The position numbers and the translations under genes are program-made. A model generated the notes under the pieces. It did no database searches. It worked only from the letters and a program-made list of their open reading frames with translations, and was not told the origin of the DNA. Positions 39,310-48,969 of a DNA stretch of 64,000 nt are shown here, one piece after another. Source of the DNA: Planctomycetota bacterium (GTDB taxonomy: Bacteria; Planctomycetota; PLA2; JAEUHO01); the NCBI GenBank assembly GCA_965222115.1, contig CBDCTJ010000007.1, positions 2,400,001-2,464,000 on the forward strand, read 5' to 3'. Numbering within the stretch: the first letter of the stretch is position 1; every line of letters begins with the position of its first letter.

Positions 39310-40572
39310 ATGCCCGCCTGGCCTCCCCGATCCAATGAGCATCAAGGATGGCCGATGGACGGCGCGTCCTCATCATCGGCGTTGCGCTGGGAAGTGCTTC
39401 GTTCCCTGCTCCCGCTTCGCGCGCTCTCCGGAGCATGGGCCGCGTTGATTCGGCCGGGTCAAGAATCGCTCGGACCCACCTTTGTGTTGGCGTGGTTTGA
39501 AACGATGGGGGCCACCGTGACGCCGTTGGTGCTCGTAGCGCGCAGCGAAGACCGGACGTTGGTAGGGCTGCTGGCCATGGCGGAATTCCCCGGCGGACGA
39601 CTCGTGTTCGCGGCCTCGATGGAGGGCGGACAACACGGCGACGTCGTGGCGCTTCCCGAGAACGGGGATCACGTGGCGCGCGGTGCGCTGGGCGCCCTTC
39701 GGTCATATGCATGGAAACACATTTCGTTCCAACGCCTTGCGGCCAATGGTCACTTGGCCCGTTCCTTGGTGGCCGAGGGGCGACTCGGACCGACGCGCGC
39801 GTTTATGAGTGCCGCGGTTCCGCGCATCGAGCGTATGACTACATGGAGCGCATTTCTCAAGTCCAGAACCAAGAAGGTGCGTCACGAGATTCGGCGGCAC
39901 ATTCGACGCTGGGAAGAGACACCGGGTGCGGCCATACGCTGGTCCGATGGACGTCACGCGCTCGACGAAGACATCGACACCCTCTTCAAGCTTCACGAAC
40001 GACGTTTTCGATCCCGGCAGAAACGAACGCAATTCACGGGCTTTTACCAGCGCGTATTCCACAAACGTGTCGCGCGGCGACTGGCACGAGAAGGTCGCCT
40101 CTTGCTCGTCTTTCTTGAAATTCACGGGCGACCCGTTGCAGCGGCCTATGGATGGCACGGCGGCAATACGACAACGCTCTATCAAACGGGATTCGATCCT
40201 TCGGCTGCAAAGCTGAGTCCCGGTTATCTCGTTGCGATCTTCGCCCTGCGCGATGCCGTGATTGGCGGCGGGCGTAGTGTGCTCGATCTTGGCGAGGGGT
40301 GCTACGAGTGGAAACTACGCTGGTCCAATAGTAGCGAGCATCTCATGGACGTTGTGGTGCATCGCCGCGGCGTCATGGGCCGACTACGTAATGCCGCCAC
40401 CTCCACGCTTGCCGCCATTCGTGCGTACCTTCGTCGCCATGTGAGAAAGATCGATTGCCACGGCGCGGTAAATCCGCGAGGTTCTAAGAAACACTGCAGC
40501 AGCATTCAGTGTTCTGCGTGCCCGGCACGAAACGTCGGATCCCACGGACGTCCACGGCGGAAGAGCAAGTAA
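39310..40572 (+). CDS. GNAT acetyltransferase, CelD/BcsL-like
   Basis: YQTGFDP..AKLSPG, LDLGEG.YEWK.RW. Start uncertain. Confidence 0.85.
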   Translation: MPAWPPRSNEHQGWPMDGASSSSALRWEVLRSLLPLRALSGAWAALIRPGQESLGPTFVLAWFETMGATVTPLVLVARSEDRTLVGLLAMAEFPGGRLVFAASMEGGQHGDVVALPENGDHVARGALGALRSYAWKHISFQRLAANGHLARSLVAEGRLGPTRAFMSAAVPRIERMTTWSAFLKSRTKKVRHEIRRHIRRWEETPGAAIRWSDGRHALDEDIDTLFKLHERRFRSRQKRTQFTGFYQRVFHKRVARRLAREGRLLLVFLEIHGRPVAAAYGWHGGNTTTLYQTGFDPSAAKLSPGYLVAIFALRDAVIGGGRSVLDLGEGCYEWKLRWSNSSEHLMDVVVHRRGVMGRLRNAATSTLAAIRAYLRRHVRKIDCHGAVNPRGSKKHCSSIQCSACPARNVGSHGRPRRKSK

Positions 40573-41345
40573 CGCACTTGCTTCCACAACGTGCGATCCC
40601 CGTAGCGATACAGTGTGCCCATGCCTTTCTGAGGCGCTGCGGAGAGCGAGCCATCCGCAATCGCAGGTACTAGGGGCGGAATAGACTGAGCAGCGTCTCG
40701 AACACAGGCAATCCAACAATCAGATTCGGTTGCCGTGGGGGGCACCATGACGATGCGTTGCCAATACACGTCCCCCGTGTCGGAACCTTGAGCGACTTTG
40801 TGTACGGTGTATCCAATGCCCGACGCGTCACGATTGTAGAGCGCCCAGAACAGCGTATGGCCACCGCGATAGGCTGGAGCGATACCCCAATGCACGTTCA
40901 CGGTTCCGCGGGTAGGAATCTCGAAAATGTGCCTGCGCAACATGGGCGCGCCCGAGACAAGGATGACATCGGGCTTTAGCTCTCGGAGTAGGTGGGCCGT
41001 AGACTGTGCATTGACTTGCCACGTGGGAACTTCATGAACGGGGACGGAAAGCGACTCTTCAGGTGCGGAGTCTCCGCCCGCGAACGCGGCGCGCACCTCG
41101 TCGTCGATGGATGCCAAGTGTGGATTCAGCACGAGTTCTCGGATCTTACTCGAGACGCTCTTCCATGGATGGGCGAGTACGCGGCGCACGAGAGATGGCC
41201 GCGAGGGATTCGGTGAGTCCAGCAGCTTTAGCACGTGGGTGACGCATCCTTGCTGAATGAGTGCGTGCGCAAGATGCGCGTGGGGCGCACCAAAGGCGCT
41301 TAGAAAGAGCACGCGCGGGCGATCGTGGGGGGTGGCGGCGTCCAC
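40506..41345 (-). CDS. Formyltransferase-family protein
   Basis: VNVHWGIAPAYRG, FWAL, GYTVH, DTGD. Confidence 0.85.
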   Translation of the reverse strand: MDAATPHDRPRVLFLSAFGAPHAHLAHALIQQGCVTHVLKLLDSPNPSRPSLVRRVLAHPWKSVSSKIRELVLNPHLASIDDEVRAAFAGGDSAPEESLSVPVHEVPTWQVNAQSTAHLLRELKPDVILVSGAPMLRRHIFEIPTRGTVNVHWGIAPAYRGGHTLFWALYNRDASGIGYTVHKVAQGSDTGDVYWQRIVMVPPTATESDCWIACVRDAAQSIPPLVPAIADGSLSAAPQKGMGTLYRYGDRTLWKQVRYLLFRRGRPWDPTFRAGHAEH

Positions 41346-41473
41346 GGGTTCCTATCGTCCATCGCGTGCCGGCTCATTGCCACATCTTTGAACTATGCGC
41401 ATGCGACAGAGGGCCGTTTCGGATAGTCTACGCTCCACGCCAATCGCGCACAGACACCCGCGAGGAGACGCTC

Positions 41474-42049
41474 ATGTCGGAATTGTTCGGTCTCAAGAAG
41501 TTCATGATTCGACGTAAGATTCTCACCATCTTCGGTGCTTCATTTCATATCTACGATTCGAACGATCAAGTCGTTGGATTCTCGCGTCAAAAGGCGTTTA
41601 AGCTCAAAGAGGACATTCGCATCTTCGCTGACGAGAGTATGCAGGCCGAGCTACTGACCATTCAAGCGCGCCAAATCGTCGATTTTTCCGCCGCCTACGA
41701 CATTGTGGATGCCACCGAAGGCAAGAAGGTGGGGGCCTGTCGTCGCAAGGGGTGGACGTCCATTTTGCGGGACTCTTGGGAACTCCTAGATGACGGTGAC
41801 AACGTGGTTGGAAAGGTCATTGAAGATTCCGGGACCAAGGCCATGTTGCGCCGGCTCCTCTCCAACCTTATCCCGCAGCGGTTTCATGTGTCTGATGATG
41901 ACGAGAAACCTGCCGCTTTCTTCAAGCAGCGCTTCAATCCCTTTGTCTACAAACTCGAAGTCGAAATCGCCGACGACAGCGGCGTGGACCCGCGCGTGCT
42001 TATGGGTGCCGCCATCCTCATTTCTGCCATCGAAGGACGGCAGGGCTAG
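41474..42049 (+). CDS. LURP-one/scramblase-like protein
   Basis: GAGGAG RBS; QKAFKLKEDI, DPRVL...ISAIEGRQ. Confidence 0.75.
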   Translation: MSELFGLKKFMIRRKILTIFGASFHIYDSNDQVVGFSRQKAFKLKEDIRIFADESMQAELLTIQARQIVDFSAAYDIVDATEGKKVGACRRKGWTSILRDSWELLDDGDNVVGKVIEDSGTKAMLRRLLSNLIPQRFHVSDDDEKPAAFFKQRFNPFVYKLEVEIADDSGVDPRVLMGAAILISAIEGRQG

Positions 42050-42074
42050 CGCGGCGACGTGGGAGAAACGTGCG

Positions 42075-42341
42075 ATGTCGATTCGCGTTTCATGCAAGTG
42101 CGGCAACCGCTTCGACGTCGCCGACAGCCTCGCCGGCGGCATTACCAATTGTCCCAAGTGTGAGCAGGCCACTCAAGTCGAAGGTCTCGTCGATCCTATG
42201 TGGACGTTTCTGCGCGTGCTCGCGCTCGTCTTGTGGGCGCTGGCTACAGCAGTTGCATATCAGCTATGGGGCTTTCCAGGCGCAGCGATCACGGCGCTCA
42301 CCGTCGGCGGGCTATTTCTGCTCATCAGAATTGCGATGTAG
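42075..42341 (+). CDS. Zinc-ribbon two-TM protein
   Basis: MSIRVSCKCG...CPKC followed by two TM helices; GGAG RBS. Confidence 0.7.
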   Translation: MSIRVSCKCGNRFDVADSLAGGITNCPKCEQATQVEGLVDPMWTFLRVLALVLWALATAVAYQLWGFPGAAITALTVGGLFLLIRIAM

Positions 42342-42586
42342 AAACTCCGCGCGTTTGCTCGCGGCATTTGGCAACATTCCGCATCCAGCACCACCACGAA
42401 TCAGTTACGTGTTCCTGCCTCGGGTTGCGCTTCGTGCTCTTCGCGTGGGCTGTTGACCACCGAGCAGCCACTGAAAGCACCCCGCCGTCGCCAGTCCACG
42501 TTTGGTGGCCTTCGACCCTGAACTTTGAGCTTCGTTTCGCGTCTAGTATGTAACGCTCTTCCACTCGAAGCTAGCGAGGAGGCACT

Positions 42587-43603
42587 ATGCGACGTACCCA
42601 TTTGTTCACTGCTTTGATTGCATCGACGGTTCTGGTGGTCATCGATGGCAGCCTGAACGCTCACGCCCGTTCGCCCGCCGAAGTCACACACGACGTGGAA
42701 ACTCGATCCTCATTCGGACCCGACGATTCGGATCATGGATGGACGAGTAACGACGGCGCCCAGGCACTTGAGGTGGAATCGGGTGTGTTGCTTGTCAAAG
42801 ACATTTCAGACGACTGGCACTGGCTTACAGCGCCTAAGAAGTTCCACGGCAATTGGCGGGACGTCGATCATATCCAGTTTCGCGTACGCGCGGATCATCG
42901 CCGGGACACGAGCGAGGCCATCGTGGTACAGATTGCAGGTGATGGGGGCGTGGCCACGCAAGAACTCCACAGCCGATTGGTTTTACGTGGTACGTGGCGT
43001 ACCGTACGTGTACCGCTTAAACCGGTGTATTGGCGCGTCAAGGGGTCATGGCCGGACATCGTCAAGAACGTCGCTCGCTTTCGCCTACGGCTCGATCTCA
43101 ATGGCAGCAACGGCGGGGGGGAAGTCGTGAGTCTCGACGATGTGCGATTGGTGAAGTCAAGGTCGCGATCCATGGCAAGCGATCTCAAGGGATGGCGTGC
43201 GCGGGGCGGTACCGTCCGCGTCGATGGCGAGCAACTCCTTGTGGAAGACACTGCGCAGGGTTGGTGTTGGCTTCGTGCGCCCGAGTCGTTTCGTCGAGAC
43301 TGGCGTGAGGCCAAACATCTCACGATACGCGTGCTGCCGGATCCAGAACAGGTCGTCAATCAGACGATGCGCATTCAAATAGAGGGTTCCTTTGGCATGG
43401 CCTATCGAGACATACCCACAAGTAGATTTTCCCCGGGCAACGAATCACGAATCGACGTTCCGCTCTCTCATCATGGTTGGGTCGTGAGCGGCAACTGGCA
43501 CGAAATCACCAAGCATGTATCCGACTTCTGGATTCGCGTTGACTTGACTGCGCACAAGGGCCGCGGCGAGGTAACTCGAATTGTGGATATACGCGTTGAG
43601 TAA
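42587..43603 (+). CDS. Secreted protein with two laminin IV (laminin B)/CBM-like jelly-roll repeats
   Basis: Internal duplication WHWLTAPKKFHGNW / WCWLRAPESFRRDW and W.V.G.W..I.K.V..F..R.DL. Confidence 0.6.
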   Translation: MRRTHLFTALIASTVLVVIDGSLNAHARSPAEVTHDVETRSSFGPDDSDHGWTSNDGAQALEVESGVLLVKDISDDWHWLTAPKKFHGNWRDVDHIQFRVRADHRRDTSEAIVVQIAGDGGVATQELHSRLVLRGTWRTVRVPLKPVYWRVKGSWPDIVKNVARFRLRLDLNGSNGGGEVVSLDDVRLVKSRSRSMASDLKGWRARGGTVRVDGEQLLVEDTAQGWCWLRAPESFRRDWREAKHLTIRVLPDPEQVVNQTMRIQIEGSFGMAYRDIPTSRFSPGNESRIDVPLSHHGWVVSGNWHEITKHVSDFWIRVDLTAHKGRGEVTRIVDIRVE

Positions 43604-43642
43604 CTAATCTCATGACCGATTACTTCATTCCGTCCACGTCCA

Positions 43643-43692
43643 CCCTTCGATGCGCACCGTGTGGATCAAGGATCCGCTTGTGCTTACTCAGG
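43643..43692 (+). repeat. REP-like palindromic unit
   Basis: CCCTTCGATGCGCAC..GGATCAAGGATCC..TGCTTACTCAGG, same family as 20889-20942. Confidence 0.8.
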
Positions 43693-44241
43693 GTCTCGTG
43701 CAGATGAACTCTGCTCATCTGATCTCGACGTCCACGTCCACGTTAAGGCGGTGCGAATCGTTTATCGGACGCCTGCCCTTGAGTACGGGTTATGGGTAGC
43801 GGGTGACGGGAGTTTGGAAGGCGCAACCGGTTGCTCCAGCGCGATCGGTACGCGCGCGCGCCGCTTGTGATGGAACTCCAGCTTGAGAACGAGTTGGCGT
43901 TGTGACGCGGGGCTCGGTTTGCGCGAACCGCTCGCGTGTGCCCTCCTTTGCCTTTCCTAGGTGAGACCTTTCTTCTTTAAGCTCAAGCCACGTCATATTT
44001 CAAGGCAACTCCACGCACACTCATGTCTCAGCCCGTAACGCTTGCGCTTCGTTTCTTAGCGTTCTTCGTGTGAGCTTCTTCTTCCAAGACCGTCCTGCCA
44101 TCGACAATCGTCAGCATTCACCAATCGCGATCCCCAACGCTTGCGCCTCTCCGCCTCTGCAACGTGGCGCCTCCGCGTGAGGTCGACTGCTCGTGACTCC
44201 ACCAACACCTCCACCCCGGCCGGGATGAACTACGCAGGCGC

Positions 44242-44712
44242 TCAGCAATCCTCATCGCTCGCGGACGCCGTACTCAATGTGTGCAATGCCATCGGTTTGT
44301 CGCCGTGCATGCTTTCGGCGTCATCCTTGCGAACCCAGAGTTCCCAGTCATTGCCATCCGGATCTTTGACCCAGAACTTGTTCGCGACCGCGTAGCAACA
44401 TGTGACAGCGTCTTCGCGTAGCGGGTTTAGGCCCGCGGCTTCCAACTTGGTACCCCACTGCTCGAGGAGCTCATCGGATTCGATCTCGATCCCAAAGTGC
44501 TGTTTGGTTGCTGTGGCCGTATGCCCGAGCTCATGATTGAGCGCCAAGTGAATCGCCGGCGCGTCGAGGCGCCAGTTCGCGTAGTCGGTTTTCACCTTGC
44601 TCGGTACGCGCCCAAAGAGGGTGGTGTAGAAACTCACGCTGGCATCGAGGTCCCGTACGAGCAGGCTGATATGAACACGGGAGGTACTGGGGATTGCTGT
44701 ATTGGGGATCAT
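44242..44712 (-). CDS. ArsI/CadI-family VOC metalloenzyme
   Basis: RVHISL.V.DL..S..FY..LFG, HFGIE, TCCYA..K.WV.DPDGN.WE. Confidence 0.88.
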   Translation of the reverse strand: MIPNTAIPSTSRVHISLLVRDLDASVSFYTTLFGRVPSKVKTDYANWRLDAPAIHLALNHELGHTATATKQHFGIEIESDELLEQWGTKLEAAGLNPLREDAVTCCYAVANKFWVKDPDGNDWELWVRKDDAESMHGDKPMALHTLSTASASDEDC

Positions 44713-44800
44713 GCGCGTAGGTCCTCGCGAGGGGCAAACCGGTCCGAAACCCTCATTCTACCGCACACCCAGCCGGCCTCGATTCTCGGAAATGCAGTCT

Positions 44801-44828
44801 TTGCACCCCGTCGTTTCGCCCGTATCCT
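44801..44828 (+). promoter_or_regulatory. Putative sigma70 promoter of tRNA-Ala
   Basis: TTGCAC-16 nt-TATCCT ending 15 bp before the tRNA. Confidence 0.5.
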
Positions 44829-44843
44829 CACGCCCCTCCACAC

Positions 44844-44920
44844 GGGGGCATAGCTCAGCTGGCTAGAGCACTGGCTTTGCAAGCCAGGGGTCAAGGGTTC
44901 GAATCCCTTTGCCTCCACCA
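44844..44920 (+). tRNA. tRNA-Ala(TGC) with encoded CCA
   Basis: Acceptor GGGGGCA/TGCCTCC with G3:U70, anticodon arm CTGGC-TTTGCAA-GCCAG, T arm AAGGG-TTCGAAT-CCCTT. Confidence 0.96.
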
Positions 44921-46260
44921 CTTTCAATCCCGCAACAAACCAACGTTTCATCGGGTTCGTTGCGGGTTTCGCGTCGATCGCCTTCTGCGTTCCGCCTGTC
45001 CACTTGGTTGCAACCAGATGAGACCGAATGCACCGAAATGGCACCAGAAGGGGTACAAATTGGAGCACAGTCTGCTGCGTCTCCAGAGGCGAGCATCTCG
45101 CCGATCACATGAACGGATTCGGGCGCATTTACAGCCGAGCGGTGATCGAGCAAGCGCGGATCTGTATAGACCGACATCGTCGTTTCAATGTTGGCATGAC
45201 GCGCAAGATGCTGTGTTACTTGCGGGTCTACTTTCGCAGCACGCAGCCCGGTGACGAATGTGCATCGAAGGCTATGGAAATCTACGTAGCGGCCTTGCAT
45301 ATCCTGATACGCGATACCGGCCGCCTCCAAATCCTTGCGCATCGTACGCATGACAGGAATCCACCCAGAAGGAAACACCTTCGCATCTGGATTGTTCACT
45401 TCCGCTGACCGTTGTCGAAGGGCTGGCGCGAGGCAGGAGGGAAACGATGCGTACTGTTCCCGCCTGCTCTTGGCATTGGCGGCACGAATTCGAATCGTCT
45501 CACGCTCCAAATCGACGTCGGCCCATGTGATTGACCCGAGTTCTTTCCTGCGTATTCCGGTAAGGGCCGCGAATCCGTAGAGAAATGAGCGGCGAGAACC
45601 TTCCTTTGTCAATCGCACGCGCTCTTTTCCCGTGACTCCCTTGTGGATACGCGTCTTCAACGCATAGTCGAGCGGTCTAGCAGCGGCCGCCTGTATCAGC
45701 CTGGCGAGTTCTTCGGGCGCCAACGCTCTTCGCTCCCTAGCCCGATCCTCTGCCTCATTCCTCGGCTTGAGGGCCGTAAACGGATCTCTGCGCACCCGTT
45801 GATGTCGGTGGAGCCAGCGCCCGAACTGCCGAAGCGCCTGATAATGGCGGTTCACAGAGCGAGCGCGGAGGCCCTGATTTCCGATATCCGAGAGCCACCT
45901 CGCTGCGAGCGCACCGTCAAGTTGATCCAGCGATGTCAGCCGCGTATCTGTAACGAATCGGCGTAGACACTTCATACGGTCTGTGAAGTGTCCGTCGCTC
46001 ACTCGCCTTGACCGCAGTGCAGACTCAAAGTCAAGCACATGTTGCGCGAGGGGGCGCGTCGAATGCTCGTCAAAGTGATCCGTGAGCCCCGCAGCTTTCC
46101 GCTGTTCGGTGCGAATCATCTCAGCCTCGCGTGCTCCAGCCGCCCGCTTGTCAGTTAGCCCGGTTGACTTTCGAAATTTGCGGCCCTCAACACTGAAACG
46201 CGTCCACCAAACAGGCGAGAGCCTTCCCGACTTTGGGTTCTTGCGTCGATAGAGGCTCAT
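44863..46260 (-). CDS. Tyrosine integrase whose C-terminus reads through the att site
   Basis: LTGIRRKEL, AKSRR, FHSLR, ARH, SVY: complete R-K-HxxR-H-Y set. Stop codon lies inside the tRNA D arm. Confidence 0.93.
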   Translation of the reverse strand: MSLYRRKNPKSGRLSPVWWTRFSVEGRKFRKSTGLTDKRAAGAREAEMIRTEQRKAAGLTDHFDEHSTRPLAQHVLDFESALRSRRVSDGHFTDRMKCLRRFVTDTRLTSLDQLDGALAARWLSDIGNQGLRARSVNRHYQALRQFGRWLHRHQRVRRDPFTALKPRNEAEDRARERRALAPEELARLIQAAAARPLDYALKTRIHKGVTGKERVRLTKEGSRRSFLYGFAALTGIRRKELGSITWADVDLERETIRIRAANAKSRREQYASFPSCLAPALRQRSAEVNNPDAKVFPSGWIPVMRTMRKDLEAAGIAYQDMQGRYVDFHSLRCTFVTGLRAAKVDPQVTQHLARHANIETTMSVYTDPRLLDHRSAVNAPESVHVIGEMLASGDAADCAPICTPSGAISVHSVSSGCNQVDRRNAEGDRRETRNEPDETLVCCGIESGGGKGIRTLDPWLAKPVL

Positions 46261-46496
46261 CGCTTCCTTCCTCTCTGCTTCTCTAGAGCTTTCAAGCCAA
46301 TATCCAACGCCTCGCGGAATATAACGCTACGACTAATGGGCTTGTCCTTCGTACCGTGCCGCCTCTGCAGCCGCTTGGCCCGTTTCACAAGGTCCGCCGG
46401 AAGCCTCATGCTCACGAGCATTTCAGAAACGGTGCCGTACGGCTCTTTCTCGATTCGATTCTTCATAGGCATGAGTGTATCACAGATTGGTTTCAT
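46257..46496 (-). CDS. Ribbon-helix-helix/CopG-like regulator
   Basis: VSMRLPADLVKR...SRSVIFREALDIGL; ATGA-coupled to int. Confidence 0.7.
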   Translation of the reverse strand: MKPICDTLMPMKNRIEKEPYGTVSEMLVSMRLPADLVKRAKRLQRRHGTKDKPISRSVIFREALDIGLKALEKQRGRKR

Positions 46497-46705
46497 GGTC
46501 GATGCGTCCTTTCATCTATGTAGTGCTCCAGGTGTCCGGGGCGGACCATGATTCGTTTCGGTGAGACGCGGACTACGGGAAACGAGCCACTGGCGATTCG
46601 TGCTCGCAGAGTCCGTTCTGATAAGCCGAGGATCTTGGCGGTTTCCTTAACCGTGAGCAGGGGTCGGGGCGCTCCCTGCGGTTTTTGGCGGCTTCTAGGT
46701 TGCAT
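46493..46705 (-). CDS. Excisionase-like HTH protein
   Basis: LLTVKETAKILGLSERTLRARIASG.FP.VRV; GAGGGG RBS. Confidence 0.85.
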   Translation of the reverse strand: MQPRSRQKPQGAPRPLLTVKETAKILGLSERTLRARIASGSFPVVRVSPKRIMVRPGHLEHYIDERTHRP

Positions 46706-46833
46706 GGCCGTCCCCCTCTTCTCTTGCAAGGGGTTGTGTCCCTCAACGAGTTTCTGTCCGGTTGAGGACCTGAAATAGGGGTTGATAACGGCCTCTCCCA
46801 TTCGCTGCATAGGTGCGGCAGAAAGGGAGAGCG

Positions 46834-48156
46834 ATGAGCGAGAAACAGAGGTCAGATCGAGGATCGTCAGGCAAGGGGCGCGACGGGGGCGGGAAAGAGT
46901 TCCGTCCGCCGAGGCGCAATCGTTCGGTGGGAACGCGACGTCCCGGTTCCAAGGGGGAGTACTCTGGGGAAGAGCGGTTGTTGCTGTTGGACACATGGCA
47001 GCGATCGGGCTTGCCGGCGACGGAGTTTGGTCGCTTGGTGGGCATCACGCCTCAGACGTTGAGTCGTTGGAAGCAACGGTTTGATGCAGAAGGCCCTGCC
47101 GGGCTATTGGGCTATCGCCGTGGTCAGCGAGGCAGCCGCCTGCCGGAACATGTGCGTCGAGCCATTTTGATGTTGAAGGAACAGCATCCGGATTGGGGGC
47201 AAGACCGCATTCACGACATGTTGCTGCGCTCCCAAGGTCTGCAAGCCAGCGCGGGCGCGGTGCAGCGGGTGTTGAAGGAGGCGGGGTACGAGGTCCATGC
47301 TTTTCGGACGAGGCCCAACCCACCCAAGCCTCAGCGTTTTGAGCGCTCTCGTCCCAACGATCTTTGGCAAACCGATCTGTTCAGCTTTGTGCTCAAGCGC
47401 CAACGCCGCCGTGTGCACCTGGTTGCTTACATGGACGATCATTCCCGCTTCATCGTTGGGTATGGGCTGCATGCATCGGCTTCGGGCGCGCTTGTGCGCG
47501 AGGTGTTTGAGTCCTCGATTGCCAACTTTGGCGCGCCGAAGGAGATTTTGACCGACAACGGGACGCAGTTTCAGACGTGGCGTGGGAAGAGTGCGTTTAC
47601 CAAGCTCTGCGAGCGGCGAGGCATTAAGCAAGTTGTGGCGCGTCCACGGCGTCCGCAGACGCTGGGCAAGATCGAACGATTTTGGGGCACGATTCATCGG
47701 GAGATGATTCAAGCCGCCATTTTCCGTGACCTGGACGAGGCGCGCGAGCGCATTGCGCACTTTGTGGGCTATTACAACTTTCAACGCACCCATCAAGGGA
47801 TCGACGGCTTGGTACCGGCGGATCGCTACTTCGAGGCGGTGCCCGAGATACGCGCCACCATCGAGGCGAACGTGGCCAAGAACGCCAAAGAACTTTCCCT
47901 TCAAGGCAAACCGCGTAAGCATGTGTATTTGACGGGGCGTGTGGGTGAGGAGTCGATCTCGCTTCATACCGAGGGCACGAAGGTTGTACTCACGGGCGAA
48001 GAGGGTGTTCGCGAGGAAGTGGATCTTTCTGCGCCCGGGCGCCGTGTGTCGCTTGAGGCGTCGGATCCGGGCACGAGTTCATTGGATGAGGTGCTAACGG
48101 AACTTGAGACATTGACGCCGAGCGAGGCGAACGACGAGGAGGGAGGTGCAAGATGA
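46834..48156 (+). CDS. IS481-like DDE transposase (HTH, HTH, rve core, C-terminal extension)
   Basis: WQTD, DDHSR, LTDNGTQF, GKIERFW, YNFQRTHQG. Confidence 0.92.
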   Translation: MSEKQRSDRGSSGKGRDGGGKEFRPPRRNRSVGTRRPGSKGEYSGEERLLLLDTWQRSGLPATEFGRLVGITPQTLSRWKQRFDAEGPAGLLGYRRGQRGSRLPEHVRRAILMLKEQHPDWGQDRIHDMLLRSQGLQASAGAVQRVLKEAGYEVHAFRTRPNPPKPQRFERSRPNDLWQTDLFSFVLKRQRRRVHLVAYMDDHSRFIVGYGLHASASGALVREVFESSIANFGAPKEILTDNGTQFQTWRGKSAFTKLCERRGIKQVVARPRRPQTLGKIERFWGTIHREMIQAAIFRDLDEARERIAHFVGYYNFQRTHQGIDGLVPADRYFEAVPEIRATIEANVAKNAKELSLQGKPRKHVYLTGRVGEESISLHTEGTKVVLTGEEGVREEVDLSAPGRRVSLEASDPGTSSLDEVLTELETLTPSEANDEEGGAR

Positions 48157-48611
48157 CCAAGGGACTTGCAGCGCTTCAAGGGAGCAAAGCGGCGAAGCGT
48201 TTCATGCTGGTGCTGTTGGAGGCACTGTCGGGCGCGTGCAGCACGACGGAAGCGGCCAAGCGCTTGGAGATCTCCAGTGCGCGGTACTACCAACTGGAGC
48301 TGCGTGCGCTTCAGGGAATGATGAGTGCGCTTGAGCCGCGTTGTAGGGGACGGCAGAACACGCCCGAGCGCATGATTTTGATGCTTGAGAAGGAGAAGCG
48401 TGATCTGGCACTGGAGCTACGACGTGCGCAGAACTTGTTGCGCGCGGCGCGGCGTACGGTGGGCATCAAAGCGTCGAAGAAGCGTGCGGGCACGAAGAAA
48501 AAGCGACGACGTAAGAAGCCACGGGCGCGCGTGGTGCTGGAGACGTTACGAGCAAAGGAGGTGGGCGATGGGTCGACGCAGCCAGACCGAACCCCTCATT
48601 CAGGCGCTTGA
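48153..48611 (+). CDS. HTH plus coiled-coil accessory protein A
   Basis: STTEAAKRLEISSARYYQL..LEPRCRGR, then heptads and a basic tail; ATGA overlap and GGAGG RBS. Confidence 0.8.
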   Translation: MTKGLAALQGSKAAKRFMLVLLEALSGACSTTEAAKRLEISSARYYQLELRALQGMMSALEPRCRGRQNTPERMILMLEKEKRDLALELRRAQNLLRAARRTVGIKASKKRAGTKKKRRRKKPRARVVLETLRAKEVGDGSTQPDRTPHSGA

Positions 48612-48969
48612 TGCCAGTGAGCTGGCGCGCGAGCGCGTAACGATCATTCTTCTCACGCTAACGGGTGATTGGAGCGTGGCCGATGCGATGGAGCGGCTCT
48701 CGATTTCGCGCACACGGTTCCAGGATCTTCGAAGGACGATGTTGCAAGCGGCACTGTTCGCGTTGGAACCGGGCCGAGCCGGACGCCCGCCTCGATCACG
48801 TGATCCGCGTAAAGAGGCCATGGAGTCATTGCGCAAAGAGATCGCGACCTTGGAACAGGATCTCAAACGCACGCGTGTGCAACTCGAGCTTGCTCGGGGT
48901 CCAGCGGCCAAAGCGATCCAGCGTCGATTGGAGAGTGCGTTTCTTTCCAAGACCTGGAGCAAGAAATGA
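48568..48969 (+). CDS. HTH plus coiled-coil accessory protein B (paralog of A)
   Basis: AAGGAGGT RBS; SVADAMERLSISRTRFQDL..LEPGRAGRP, then heptads. Confidence 0.8.
   Translation: MGRRSQTEPLIQALDASELARERVTIILLTLTGDWSVADAMERLSISRTRFQDLRRTMLQAALFALEPGRAGRPPRSRDPRKEAMESLRKEIATLEQDLKRTRVQLELARGPAAKAIQRRLESAFLSKTWSKK

Noticed and set aside
43700-44240. Short ORFs between the laminin-like gene and arsI/cadI
   Set aside because: No recognisable motifs or convincing starts; treated as intergenic or decayed DNA.
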